Of a stretch of 64,000 nt of DNA, positions 1 to 10,603 are shown one piece after another. Location: positions 22,783-86,782 of IMG/VR virus record IMGVR_UViG_3300046780_000088, one strand, 5' to 3'. This DNA comes from a virus. The notes below the pieces were generated by a model. It was not told the origin of the DNA. It saw nothing but the letters and a program-made list of their open reading frames with translations, and searched no databases. The stretch's first letter is position 1, and the number at the start of each line of letters is the position of its first letter. The translations under genes and the position numbers were made by a program.

Positions 1-595
1 AAATATACAGTGTTGCTCGGTACGCACTGCGCAACATTCAAGTGTGATCTTATCTCAGCCTGCCCTGACGGAATGGTCAGAAGCGCTTTTCGCGCACCCT
101 GAAAATGTTTGACCGTGTACCGTAACTCGCCCGACCAATTCAGATGCAAGAACTTGAATGCTGCGCACTGCGCACTGTGCAACACACTGGAATCGGAATC
201 AAAGCGTTGGCCGGTTTCCAGTTTTTCAATCCCAACGCTACAGAGGGAAATAATTCACTTTTCACCGTTAGACTTTGATCATGTCTTGTGTGTTGCACAC
301 TGCGCAGTTACCGCAGTGTTGAAAAGAGCAATGCTTCGCCCTTTCCCTTTCCGTCCGGGTGCCGGTTGTCTTCGGGTTTCGTTGCGAGTCGTCTGACTTC
401 GTGCTATCGGTTTTTAGCTTGTTGGCGGTTGCCTGTTGCCTGAACCCGCCACTCTGATTCTGCTTGGCAGACACCGATGGTGCCTACCTACCGAAGCGAC
501 TCTGCTACCCTAGTGAGCCTGCTTCCCTTGCTACTCGGTTCTCAGTGCCCGGTGGACCCGACTGGTTGGCATCCACTGAACTTCAAGTACCGTGA
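1..595 (-). ncRNA. Candidate structured non-coding RNA/leader (truncated at window start)
   Basis: No credible ORF. Long inverted repeats 23-43/152-172 and 169-187/288-306, plus several short hairpins, lie downstream of a sigma70-like promoter. Confidence 0.45.
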
Positions 596-599
596 TTGA

Positions 600-627
600 A
601 GTATAGTCCAACCACAGACCATGTCAA
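600..627 (-). promoter_or_regulatory. sigma70-like promoter firing leftward
   Basis: Minus strand reads TTGACA-N16-TATACT. Confidence 0.65.
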
Positions 628-672
628 GCACTTTCTGAACTATTTTTATGCTCTGTAAGCCCTTGATTCCAT

Positions 673-2610
673 TTAAAAATTCTCCGCATGGTAGCGACCA
701 TCAGGGCTAAGTGTGACCCTGCCTGCTTCGATCAGCGCGTATACCGAGCGGTCGAATCGCTTGCGCCGTGCATCAAGCAGCTTCGTGCGCTCTTCACCAT
801 CAGGCACTAGGTTGATCGCATAGTAGCGTTCGCGCCATGCATCGAGTGTTACTCCTTTGCCTTCGTCGCCTAACGTCTGCAATGCCATGTCATCGAATGC
901 TGATAGCGGTTTGATTTTCTTTCGCTCGACAGGAACATAGTCAGGCGGTTTCGGTTTGACGATGCACGATCCAATCGTTTCATCAGGATCAGCATCCGGG
1001 TCCGGTGATTTGCCGAGTCCGATGTATTCAAGATCGTACGAAAATGATTGTCCTGTTTCTCCATCGCGCACCTTGGACACTTCAGCAGTCCGCGCACCAT
1101 CTTCTTCTGTTCGCACTTGCAACTCGAAGTCCGCAGCAGCGCGCAACGAACTGTGACCGCGCGATCCTTTGCTTTCATCCTTGCCGCTATGGTGCACATA
1201 GACGACTGTGCAACCGCACGCATCGCGTATCGCCTTGCCTGCCATCACCATCATGCCCATGTCAATCGAACTATTCTCATCGCCACCCGGCATCATCGCG
1301 TTCAGCGTATCAAGCACGACCAGCACGACACCGTGCAACTCTTCCGACTTTTGCTTCACGTCTTCGACCAGTGCTGCAACGTCTGTTCCTTTCTGATCGC
1401 ACAGGTTCAAGTTCGTTTGCAGGATACGGAAGTTCGGATAGTCATCGGCGGATGTATTGTTGTGACCGACCATGTACGCACGCAAGCGATACGTCAGGTT
1501 GCCTTCGCTTGTGACGTAGATAACACCGCCCGGTTTGATTCGACGCTCGAACCAACGCAGCTTGCCTTCCTTCTGCGCAAGCAGCATCGCAAGGTCCGTT
1601 GCAAGAAACGTCTTCGAGCTACCCGGCTGACCATAGATGACTCCGATGTCGCCAAGCTGCGCAACACCGCGCACCAACCAACGAGGCGGTTGTCGATCAA
1701 GAAACTCCGACAACGTTTGTGACTTGACTACGCGCGGTACACCTTTCCATTCGAACCCTGCTTCGTATGCCCACTTGAAGATCGTGCCAACTGTGACCGG
1801 CTTGCGACCTGTCTTCTTGCGCGCATGGTAGAAGTCTAGCGTCTGTTTCTCGTTGAAGTTCCCCGCTCGACGCGCGAAGTCCAACGCAAGTTGCTCGCCG
1901 ACTTCGTCATGTCCGAACGCATTCCCAATCGCATACGTTATCCGCATCCATGAATCGCGGTCTTCCGCTTTTGCAGGATCAAGAAATTCCAGTGCAGCTT
2001 TCAGCTTTTCGAATGAACCCGGCTTGTTACGATTCCATTGTTCTTCTTCGTCATCGTCGGATTCAACCGTAGCACCTTTCTTTCTCAGCTTGACTTCGAC
2101 TTCTTCATTGATCGGTGCGAACGGTGCATCATCCGCGACATCTGTGATCGCGCGCCCGGTGAAGGTGACGTACTTCTTATCGGTGAAGACATCGATACCG
2201 ATACCATCGCCGATGTCCCTGTTGTCGGGCAGCGAAGATTTTCCACTCACAAACGCATGGACACCGTGACCTGACGGACTCCATTCAACGTACGTCGCCC
2301 CAAGACCTTTGATGATGTCGGCAGCGCGATCCTTCAGCGTCCCTTCAGCATCGGTTGCCTTGTCGAAGTCGTAGACTGTTACGCCGAGTTCAGGCAACAA
2401 AGCTAACCCGATTCCTGTAAAGGATTTCGGGTTTTTATCGAGTCTTTCTTTTGCTACGTCGAACGATACTAACTCAGCACGATCACTCGCATCACCATTC
2501 TCACCGCGTCTTGGTTCACCATTCGTTGCGTAGAACGGTTGCTTTGTAGCGTTATGCAGTAACCATACTGGCAGCTTTTTGAGTTCTGTGAGATTCATTC
2601 TTTCGCCCAA
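673..2610 (-). CDS. Primase-helicase (N-terminal primase-like domain, PriCT-2-like domain, AAA_25/RepA-type helicase)
   Basis: Motifs EWSPSGHGVH and DRDSWMRITYAI, Walker A GQPGSSKT, Walker B VVLDT, HHSGK..RGHSSL.AAAD. Confidence 0.88.
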   Translation of the reverse strand: MGERMNLTELKKLPVWLLHNATKQPFYATNGEPRRGENGDASDRAELVSFDVAKERLDKNPKSFTGIGLALLPELGVTVYDFDKATDAEGTLKDRAADIIKGLGATYVEWSPSGHGVHAFVSGKSSLPDNRDIGDGIGIDVFTDKKYVTFTGRAITDVADDAPFAPINEEVEVKLRKKGATVESDDDEEEQWNRNKPGSFEKLKAALEFLDPAKAEDRDSWMRITYAIGNAFGHDEVGEQLALDFARRAGNFNEKQTLDFYHARKKTGRKPVTVGTIFKWAYEAGFEWKGVPRVVKSQTLSEFLDRQPPRWLVRGVAQLGDIGVIYGQPGSSKTFLATDLAMLLAQKEGKLRWFERRIKPGGVIYVTSEGNLTYRLRAYMVGHNNTSADDYPNFRILQTNLNLCDQKGTDVAALVEDVKQKSEELHGVVLVVLDTLNAMMPGGDENSSIDMGMMVMAGKAIRDACGCTVVYVHHSGKDESKGSRGHSSLRAAADFELQVRTEEDGARTAEVSKVRDGETGQSFSYDLEYIGLGKSPDPDADPDETIGSCIVKPKPPDYVPVERKKIKPLSAFDDMALQTLGDEGKGVTLDAWRERYYAINLVPDGEERTKLLDARRKRFDRSVYALIEAGRVTLSPDGRYHAENF

Positions 2611-2617
2611 AGAGAAA

Positions 2618-2641
2618 CAGAGGGATCAATTGATCCCTCTG
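2618..2641 (-). terminator. Intrinsic terminator-like hairpin between the SSB-like gene and the primase gene
   Basis: Perfect palindrome CAGAGGGATC-AATT-GATCCCTCTG followed by TTTCTCTTT on the minus strand. Confidence 0.6.
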
Positions 2642-2664
2642 GCCTTGCATTATGGACGATGATT

Positions 2665-3477
2665 TTAGAACCGCTCGCTGGCTTTTCCGCTCTTCACGTC
2701 GTCGCCATCGGTTGCTGCCTTGAAGTCTGCCTTTGCCTTGCCGCCCTCGACCGCCGCCTTGAATGCCTTTGCAGCGTGATACAGGACCACAGGTGACGGT
2801 CCCTTGAGACTGATGACCCAACCCTGCCAGCTTCCCTTATCGTTGCTCTCTGGCGTGCTGGTGATCGTATAGATCGTGCTGTACGTCGGTTTTGTGAAGA
2901 AGACCCCATCCGAACCGGCAACCTTCTGCGCATCCATCTTCGAACACCAGTTGCGCGACTTCTTGACCTGAGTGCTTGACAGGTTGATCAGTGCCGGTGC
3001 GAAGCTGCCGTCATCTTCCAAGACCAAGACGTAATGCAGGCGCGTATCCTTCAGTTGATCGCTCGAACCATCAACGATCAGCTTACCTTCATCATCCGGC
3101 TTCGTGTTCTGCACGACCGGATCATCAGGTTGATATTCGCCCCTGAATCCGCCACCTTCTTTACGATCTGCCCAACGCAAGAAGCGCCGTTCGTAGTGAG
3201 CCGGGATCACGTCAACGGATTCGTAGAACTTTCCAGTGACGGTGTTGAACAGCATCCCTTGCTTCGCGCCTTCTACATACGCGCCGTCATCCTCATCGAC
3301 TTGCGGCGAACCCTTTTGCAGCATGATCAGGAACGGCATCGCATACGAATCTTTGTCAGCGTGTTCCAGACCAGCACCCTTGTCTTGCGCATACAGCGCG
3401 AGCAGTTCAGCATCAACTGCGCCAACCGCCGTGCTTTCCTTCACTACTACTTCTGTACCACTGGATTTCTTTGCCAT
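2665..3477 (-). CDS. Conserved phage replication-module protein, putative ssDNA-binding protein
   Basis: PFLIMLQKGSPQV..GAKQGMLFNTVTG and NDKGSWQGW motifs, C-terminal F, adjacent to the primase. Confidence 0.6.
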   Translation of the reverse strand: MAKKSSGTEVVVKESTAVGAVDAELLALYAQDKGAGLEHADKDSYAMPFLIMLQKGSPQVDEDDGAYVEGAKQGMLFNTVTGKFYESVDVIPAHYERRFLRWADRKEGGGFRGEYQPDDPVVQNTKPDDEGKLIVDGSSDQLKDTRLHYVLVLEDDGSFAPALINLSSTQVKKSRNWCSKMDAQKVAGSDGVFFTKPTYSTIYTITSTPESNDKGSWQGWVISLKGPSPVVLYHAAKAFKAAVEGGKAKADFKAATDGDDVKSGKASERF

Positions 3478-3491
3478 GATAAGTGTTCCCT

Positions 3492-3995
3492 TTATTTGAT
3501 TACAGCAAGTGTTACGGCTTGAATTGCGAAAACGTCGTACGGAACGTCAACGCCTTTTTCCAATTGCTCTTTGACTAATGCTTTGAGCGTTTGCGGATGC
3601 ACTGTTTCCTTGTCTGCTATCGGGATGTTATTCTCTTCGCAGAACTTCAACAGTTTGTCAGCGGCATCACCTTCGTTCTTGCCGAAGTCAGCCTTGACTT
3701 GATGCTTGATCACTCCCCCCATTTCATGTTCGCGCAACCATGCGAACGCACGGTCTTGCATTTCCGCCGTGATACTGGCGAACACGTCAGGCTTGACTGT
3801 GATCTTCGTTCCATCTTCGAGTGCGATGCTTTGCACCTGTCCCTCACGCATCGCTTCCGGGATGTCAATCTCGATAAGCTTGCGCAAATCGTTGTTAGCT
3901 CGCTTCAGCGCTTCTTCTTTCTCTGCAATTTCATCCTTCTTGTCGCGCGCCAACTGCGCAAGACGAGAAAGAGTTTTCAGTAGGTCTTCGTTCAT
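3492..3995 (-). CDS. Conserved phage replication-module protein
   Basis: N-terminal coiled coil, AFAWLRE and VHPQTLKALVKE motifs, typical synteny with SSB/primase. Confidence 0.65.
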   Translation of the reverse strand: MNEDLLKTLSRLAQLARDKKDEIAEKEEALKRANNDLRKLIEIDIPEAMREGQVQSIALEDGTKITVKPDVFASITAEMQDRAFAWLREHEMGGVIKHQVKADFGKNEGDAADKLLKFCEENNIPIADKETVHPQTLKALVKEQLEKGVDVPYDVFAIQAVTLAVIK

Positions 3996-4369
3996 AGTTC
4001 CCTTCCCGATGAATCAATCTGCACAGCAACGTAATGTCCTGCCGTTCGTTGCAACGTTTGTGGATCAAGATCGCGTTCCCACTTCAGAATCCGCACTCGA
4101 CCACCATTACGCTCACCAGCAATGATTGCCGCAGCTACCATGATTGATGGATCGCCTAGCGGAACAAGATAATCATCGTCATTGAAGTGAATCAATTTCT
4201 CTCGCAACGTGCGAACGATTGGAACAGGAGCGAACAGGTTCAACACCGGGGGCAGCAACACGACAGGTTCGCCAAAATCCTTCAGCGAAGACAGATCGAA
4301 TTGTGAGACACGTTCTCCGGTGACTTTGTTCTTCTTAAAAATCTCTTGTGTAATGTAAACCTTGCCCAT
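3992..4369 (-). CDS. Conserved hypothetical phage protein
   Basis: Translationally coupled ORF with VYITQE..DFGEPVVLL..DDYLVPLGDP motifs. Confidence 0.6.
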   Translation of the reverse strand: MGKVYITQEIFKKNKVTGERVSQFDLSSLKDFGEPVVLLPPVLNLFAPVPIVRTLREKLIHFNDDDYLVPLGDPSIMVAAAIIAGERNGGRVRILKWERDLDPQTLQRTAGHYVAVQIDSSGREL

Positions 4370-4372
4370 TGC

Positions 4373-4615
4373 TCAGTATCCTTTGCGCACCTTGTTGCGT
4401 TGAACTTTATGATAGATGCTAATAACACCAGCAATGATTGCTGCAACAATAAGGATAGCAACTCCAATAGCAGCACCCAACCAAAATGGCATCGTAACGT
4501 ACCACCAAGACCAATCAATAAATCCTGTGAGCTTCAGCGTTACGAATACGATCCCAAGCAAACCCATTATAAGACCACTGAAATTCGTCGTTGTTTCTCC
4601 GCTCTGCTTATGCAT
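4373..4615 (-). CDS. Small membrane protein
   Basis: LKLTGFIDWSWWYVTMPFW, a common small phage membrane-protein motif, with two hydrophobic segments. Confidence 0.7.
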   Translation of the reverse strand: MHKQSGETTTNFSGLIMGLLGIVFVTLKLTGFIDWSWWYVTMPFWLGAAIGVAILIVAAIIAGVISIYHKVQRNKVRKGY

Positions 4616-7145
4616 GTTCTTCTCTCCTATGTTGACGTGCTGACTTGAACTTCAAACCGCTGTACGGACCACTGGCATACCGATTCTTGTACGACCGTTG
4701 CGTCTTCGTCAAACCATCTGTGAGCTTATCGTTGCGACGATCCTTGCCAACGCCAGTATTGCGCAAGCTTTGACGATGATAGCCGTTTCCTGTTGCTGTC
4801 ATCACGCGCCACATAGCGATCAGAGCATCGTCAATGAATTTCCGCACGCCAGCACGATCAAGATTTCCATTTACAGTTGTCATCGCAGTAATGCTCCTAA
4901 AAGTGTTTCATCGTCATAAACAAACACACAAGAAGGCCAAACCTTCACTTTGATTTTGTCAGGCATGAAGCATGTTGCTGACGGTTCAACGTTTGGTTCA
5001 ACAGGACGAGGGGGAACATGAATCGGCTCCCAAGGGAAATGGAAATTTGTATTGGCATAAACATTTTTAACAACTTCTTTCTCGCCGGTTTCAAGTTCAT
5101 GCACGCGCCGATCAAGCTTGCGGATTGCTCCATCAATCGTGTCGGTTTCCAGAACGCGGTTTGTCGGAGTATTTATCTCGATCAACCTTCTAGCTTCGTG
5201 ATAACCACATTGACATTCGTTTTCGTTAACGGCATGACACCAAGTTTTGTGACCAATAGAGCGGATATAATCAATCGCTGCATTCATTCTACTTTTTCCT
5301 CGCAAATTTGACGGACCTGTTCCAGAATTTCCAACTTGAAACGCTGAAGTCCGCGTGCTTTAACTACAACAGGATCGCCGAGCAACGAACGAATCACATT
5401 GACACTGCGCAAACAATCATTTGTTATCGCTCCATCGCAATGTGATATTTTCCCATCACTAGTTTTGAAATCAAGATTGAACGGCCAACAATGATTGAGG
5501 AATCGTTCTCCATACTCTCCCCATTTGTGACCGTGATCCTTTGCTGTGCCAGTGCGCGACGAAATCGTAACTCCAATAACACCTTCGCGGAACCACGCCT
5601 GAATAAAATCATCGAGCGCCAGCGATAGACGAAACAGGAACGGTTCCCACCAATCTAGGATTCGTTTCTTTCTATCTGTGAGCCAAAAAGAAATTCGCTC
5701 ACAAACTATGCGCGCATTAGTCGTAACCTTTGTTTTGTAAACGCTCTGTTGCGATAGAACGTAACCAATTATTCTCTGTACGCTCTTCTTCAAGTTCTTT
5801 CTCCAATCGTTGAATTTTCTGTTCCTGTGCTTCGACAAATCGAGCAGCAATGAATCCGCCTGTAGCTTGCATTGCTGAGTCTGGTCTTCCGGGCAAATCC
5901 TGCCGTGCCCATTCACGCAAATTCATAGCAACTCTATACGCGGTCGATAGACCCCATTTTTCGCTCACAACTTTAGCTCCCTAATCTTGTAATACAGTTG
6001 CCGTTCACTGATACCAAGCGACTTTGCAGTTGCCGCTCTGTGACCTTCGAACTCGCGCAGTCTACGCTTGATCACCATGTTGTTTATCTGTTCGAGTGTC
6101 GGATACCACGGACCACGCTGCTGTTGCGTGCGCAATTGCTTCATCACATCCAATCTTTTCGAAATCGATTTGTAAGCTTCATTAACCAGCGTATTTGCCA
6201 TTATCGCATCATCCCGTAGAATCGGTCGATTGTCGGCACATCCATCCTTCGAGTTATTTCTGCCTCGTACCAAAATCTTTTATCATGAACCATTTCCATC
6301 GTGCGCGGTGGACAGGTTGCCGCAGTGCTAATTATTCCAACATACCTGTTGTATTCACTTTCTTGTGACTTCATATCTTCCGGCAATGACATCCAAATTT
6401 TCATGGCTTCCCTGACAGTCCGCAATAACCCAACGCTTTACCATCACGACTCTCGCCTGTCTCCCGCCACGACATACACATCGAACCGATGCAATCTGTT
6501 CCTTGCGCCAACGATGCACCTTGCGCCGTGATAACTCGATTCACCGCCAAGAATGCAACAGCACCATTCCGAAGATCGACAGCTTGTGACGTGATACGAG
6601 TGTGTGGGCACCATTTCTTTTTTGCTTCTTCTTCAGTCATTGCCACGCTGCCCGGATTAACTTTCAGTGCGTGCATTCCACCTAACAACGTTTCACTCAT
6701 AGCGTAAACTCCGATGGGTCAACTTCCAAAAGTTCTTTGCGTATGCCAGCAGCGAGTGCTAGATACGCGCCGTTCGGTACTTGATCAAGACATTCGCAAG
6801 CTGCTTCTACACCTTCGCGGTATGCCTCTTCAGCGAGCGCCAAAGCAAATTCTGTGAGTACCGAATCAAGCGCAGCTTCCGCTGTATCGAGTCGTGACGG
6901 AATTGATTCTAAATTTGCTTCGTTCATTTTCCGAACTCATCTGTGAGTTTTGCAAGTTGAACAAATACGCGACCATCAATATCAATTCGATCACGCGCTA
7001 ATTTTAATACCTTTGCAGGAAATTTATAGTCGTTATTTGTGTTCAATAGCACAATCAAATCATCCATCATTACGAGTAATTTTGCGCGCGATCCTAATTC
7101 TTCATCGCTGCCCATCGACTGCGATCCAACTTGGGAAACTGGCAT
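4608..7145 (-). other. Cluster of short, overlapping hypothetical ORFs (4608-4883, 4880-5305, 5284-~5750, 5717-5968, 6201-6425, 6401-6700, 6697-6927, 6924-7145)
   Basis: Tiled minus-strand ORFs, several with 4-bp start/stop overlaps. No recognisable domains. Confidence 0.55.
5965..6201 (-). CDS. Stand-alone Fis/NtrC-type helix-turn-helix protein
   Basis: PTLEQI...LREFEGHRAATAKSLGISERQLYYKIREL. Start taken at ATG 6201. Confidence 0.75.
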   Translation of the reverse strand: MANTLVNEAYKSISKRLDVMKQLRTQQQRGPWYPTLEQINNMVIKRRLREFEGHRAATAKSLGISERQLYYKIRELKL

Positions 7146-7591
7146 AGTATCACCTTATCTGTTTGTGAGTCATATGTATCGATCAATGCGTTTGTGTTCT
7201 GATCCAACTCACTTGCAAACAGAACAGCTTCTTTGGCAGTTGCGCCAAGATGCATTGCTGCCATCGCAAATTTCGATCCTGTTCCAATCGCTGCAAATTC
7301 ATGCTCTACCGGAACAGGAGTCGGGCCATCATCGTACCAATACACGTCTTTCCACTGATTGACGTGAAGTGCTTCGAATTTCTTCGTGCGCTTCCATTCG
7401 AAATCGGCAAGCTTCTCTCCCGCCATGAACCACTGTCTGAACAACCATTCTCCATCAGTGTCACCAGCACATGCCATGCAACCGTGCCCTTTGATCTGAT
7501 AGAGCTTGCGGCAGTATGTCTTGATGTCATCGCCGAGAGTCAACTGTGTATCAGCGGCAAGGATGCGACCGCGCCATGCAATCGTCGTCAT
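7094..7591 (-). CDS. Ntn-hydrolase, HslV/proteasome-beta-like peptidase
   Basis: N-terminal MTTIAW..ILAADTQ (Thr1 nucleophile), AIGTGSKFAMAAM..GATAKEAV. Confidence 0.75.
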   Translation of the reverse strand: MTTIAWRGRILAADTQLTLGDDIKTYCRKLYQIKGHGCMACAGDTDGEWLFRQWFMAGEKLADFEWKRTKKFEALHVNQWKDVYWYDDGPTPVPVEHEFAAIGTGSKFAMAAMHLGATAKEAVLFASELDQNTNALIDTYDSQTDKVILCQFPKLDRSRWAAMKN

Positions 7592-8841
7592 TTGTTACGC
7601 CACGAAATCCAATCGCCCTTTGGATCAACAAGTTTACCCGCTGCTGGTTCGAGAAACACCGGCATCTGGATCGTAATGCCATGCTCCGGGTGTGTGAGCC
7701 ACAGCGCTTGGATCGGCGGTTCATACGCGAAGTTCGACACGTTCGCATATTCATCGTATCCCTTCAGCGATCCATTACCGATGATCGACATCGTCGGGAA
7801 GTAAGTGTGAAAGTGACCGTGTATCAGCGTATCGAATTCCAAACCGATGTTCGAATTGCGCGCAGCTTTCTTCTTCTCTCCGCGCAGCACCGGACCAAAG
7901 TGACCAATCATCCCATCACCGCCGCGAAACTGATCACCGTGTGTGAGCAATATCCGATGCCCAACGACCGAATACAGCGCGTCCGGGCCATCTGGAATGT
8001 AGAACGTAATGCGATCATCGTTCTCGAACGACTGCGCGAGGAATTGATAAAGCAACCAATCGAAGTTTGTGAAGTTGCGATGCTTCGCGCGAGGCTTGCG
8101 AGTAGTGCGCCCATGATTGCCAGCAACACACGCTACGAACACACGACCAAACTCATCCGCCAATTCCTTCAACGCCCAACGCAAGACGCCAAACAGATCG
8201 AGCAACACCGGCATCAGCGGTTGTTCATTCGTTTCTGTGAGTTCTTCGTGGATGTCTCCTGACATCATATCGCCACCAAGATTCACGACGATGCCCGGAA
8301 AGTCCGGTGTCACGACGTGATGGCGCAGCAGATAGATTGTGCGCTCCACCAACTTCTTCGCTCGCTTGTGAGCTATTTCCAAATTGAATTCGTTTACTCC
8401 GTTGATCTGCGCCGGGAAGACAATTTCTCCCCAATGCCAATCAGACCAGAACGCGACAGGAACGCCGGGACGCTTCGTATCCTTTTTGATTGCATCGCCA
8501 GCAATCACCCAATTCGGTGTTGGTGTATCTTCGCATGTCTTCTTCAGATCGAGCAATTTACGCTTGACCCAATCATCGGTGATTGAATTCGCTCGAATGC
8601 TTTTCAGTTGGGTTGTGAGTTCGAAGACCTGATCACGCAACGCATCTTCAGGTGAAATGATTGCTTCTTTTTCGGATGGCCTGATCAGCGTAATCGCTTT
8701 TGCATATCTACCTTTGAACGTCGATGGTTGCACACCTTCTTCGCGTGCTGCCGCTGTTTTGTTACCATCGTGTTTGTTGACTAGAGCAATAACGTGTTTC
8801 GCTTCAGCAACAGTCATCTTTCCAAATTGATTTGCCCCCAT
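7588..8841 (-). CDS. Calcineurin-like metallophosphoesterase with N-terminal HTH
   Basis: SDWHWGE, GGDMMSG, GNHGR, THGD and GHFH motifs. N-terminal GNKTAAAREEGV. Confidence 0.85.
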   Translation of the reverse strand: MGANQFGKMTVAEAKHVIALVNKHDGNKTAAAREEGVQPSTFKGRYAKAITLIRPSEKEAIISPEDALRDQVFELTTQLKSIRANSITDDWVKRKLLDLKKTCEDTPTPNWVIAGDAIKKDTKRPGVPVAFWSDWHWGEIVFPAQINGVNEFNLEIAHKRAKKLVERTIYLLRHHVVTPDFPGIVVNLGGDMMSGDIHEELTETNEQPLMPVLLDLFGVLRWALKELADEFGRVFVACVAGNHGRTTRKPRAKHRNFTNFDWLLYQFLAQSFENDDRITFYIPDGPDALYSVVGHRILLTHGDQFRGGDGMIGHFGPVLRGEKKKAARNSNIGLEFDTLIHGHFHTYFPTMSIIGNGSLKGYDEYANVSNFAYEPPIQALWLTHPEHGITIQMPVFLEPAAGKLVDPKGDWISWRNK

Positions 8842-8842
8842 A

Positions 8843-9922
8843 TTATTGTTCCCTCACGATACCGTTATCAATGACGTAATGCTTGCACAACAACGATACC
8901 GGAATGCGTGCTGCTTTCAGCTTCAATCCTTCTATACGTCCCTTAGTAGTGCAAGCTTCAAGATCAGGGAACGTTACCGGAGTCTTCCGATCAACTGTGA
9001 GCAGCGCACGATCTGCCGGGTTTGCATCTTCGACAAGAACAAGAACGTATCCGGGTTGAAGAGCAATTTCTGCAAATGCCGGTAAAGCAACCAACGCGCA
9101 CAATACAACTCCAATCAAAAATCCTTTAAGCAGATTCATAAGTGTTCCCTTGTTGTGAGAAAAATAACGCGAACCACTGATCCGGTTCGCGTCAAACCGC
9201 ACCGCCTGTTTACTTAGATGCTGCTTTCTGAGCCTCATTCTTTTCTTTGATCGCTCGCCGTGCTGCTGCAAACGTTTTGCGAATATCCGTTGCGACCGCT
9301 GGCGTATATCGAAACTTAGGATCGAGAATCGATTTAGGTTTCATCATTACTAAAATCATCCTTTCTGGCATCAAAGAATTGAACCAAGTCAACGATAAGA
9401 TCACGACCTTCATCCCGCGTTTCTGCTATCAATTCACGAAGGTCTTCAATTTCCCAAACAGATTCTTTTAATTCGTGTTCCAACTCCTGAACGCGCTCTT
9501 TCAATTCGCGCACCTTTGCATTCGCCTTATCGAGCGGTGATTGATATTTACTCATGTTGCGTTACCATGCCACCAAGATTTTTAATCACGGCAGCTTCAA
9601 TCGAAGCTTCAAGTTGATCGAAGTTGCCAAGATTTTCACGATGCAACATCACCTGTGTAAAATTCTCGTACGTCATATCATCCATGTAGCGATCAACTGC
9701 AAGCAAGAATTCGAGTTCCTTGTCGGGAAGAGCAGTACGCGCGGTTTTTAAGTTTTGAAATTCTTCGTCTGCCTGTTCGTCGGTTTGTGAGGCGGCAAGC
9801 TTCAACAAATACGCATCGAATGCTGAGACAAATGTTTTGATGCTTTCCATTAATTTCTCCTGTTTTATCGTTCGTGATGTTCGTATCTGTTCCGCAATTC
9901 TTCGATTTTCAAAGCTACACAC
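8843..9922 (-). other. Short hypothetical ORFs (8843-~9139 with signal peptide, 9334-9555, 9548-~9850)
   Basis: Tiled ORFs. MNLLKGFLIGVVLCALVALPAFA resembles a signal peptide. Confidence 0.5.
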
Positions 9923-10155
9923 TCTTCGAGTGAATGACCGAGTGAATCAGCCATGAACAAAGCATAGACATACACGTCTGCCAGTTCCTTCATAACATCG
10001 ACCGTCAAAACTTTGTCGCCGCGCCATTCTTTCTTGACGAAGTTCGCCAACTCTCCTGCCTCTCCGCACAATGCAAGCGAGCAATACCGCGACCACATTA
10101 TCGGTGTGAAGTTAGCGTTCTTCTGCATAGACAGCAATTCTTTATCGTACTTCAT
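9865..10155 (-). CDS. MazG-like nucleotide pyrophosphohydrolase
   Basis: LALCGEAGELANFVKK...ELADVYVY. Confidence 0.85.
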   Translation of the reverse strand: MKYDKELLSMQKNANFTPIMWSRYCSLALCGEAGELANFVKKEWRGDKVLTVDVMKELADVYVYALFMADSLGHSLEECVALKIEELRNRYEHHER

Positions 10156-10309
10156 GCTGTCACCTTCGCGTGCAGTTTGTTACGCGCAGCACGTTTCTTA
10201 CGCTTCGCTGCTGCTGCATCTTTTACTGCAACAGCGGTAAGGTTGCGCTTTGTGAGTGCTGAAGTGATCTTCTGATCAAGCAACGCTTTTTCGAGTTCTG
10301 TCTGTGCTG

Positions 10310-10603
10310 TCATTGTGGTGTTCCCGATCCCGGAGCAGTCATCTTGCCGAGTGTATTTTGCGCGAGTTCGTTTGCTGCTTGTTCAGCTTTCGCTTTCGCT
10401 GCTTGAATATCTGCTTCCATTGCAGCGCCAATATATCTACCGACCACTTGCCCCGCCTCATTAGCATACTCCAACGGCATCTTGCCATCCGCTGCAATAC
10501 GCGACAACAGGAGAATACCAGCACGTCCGGTTGTTACGACAAGTTGCAAATTGACCAGCATCTTGTCGTATTCAGGAGTCGGTAACTTTTGTTGTTCAGC
10601 CAT
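10310..10603 (-). CDS. Hypothetical protein
   Basis: ATG 10603 with upstream AAAGGAAA ribosome-binding site. Confidence 0.55.
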   Translation of the reverse strand: MAEQQKLPTPEYDKMLVNLQLVVTTGRAGILLLSRIAADGKMPLEYANEAGQVVGRYIGAAMEADIQAAKAKAEQAANELAQNTLGKMTAPGSGTPQ

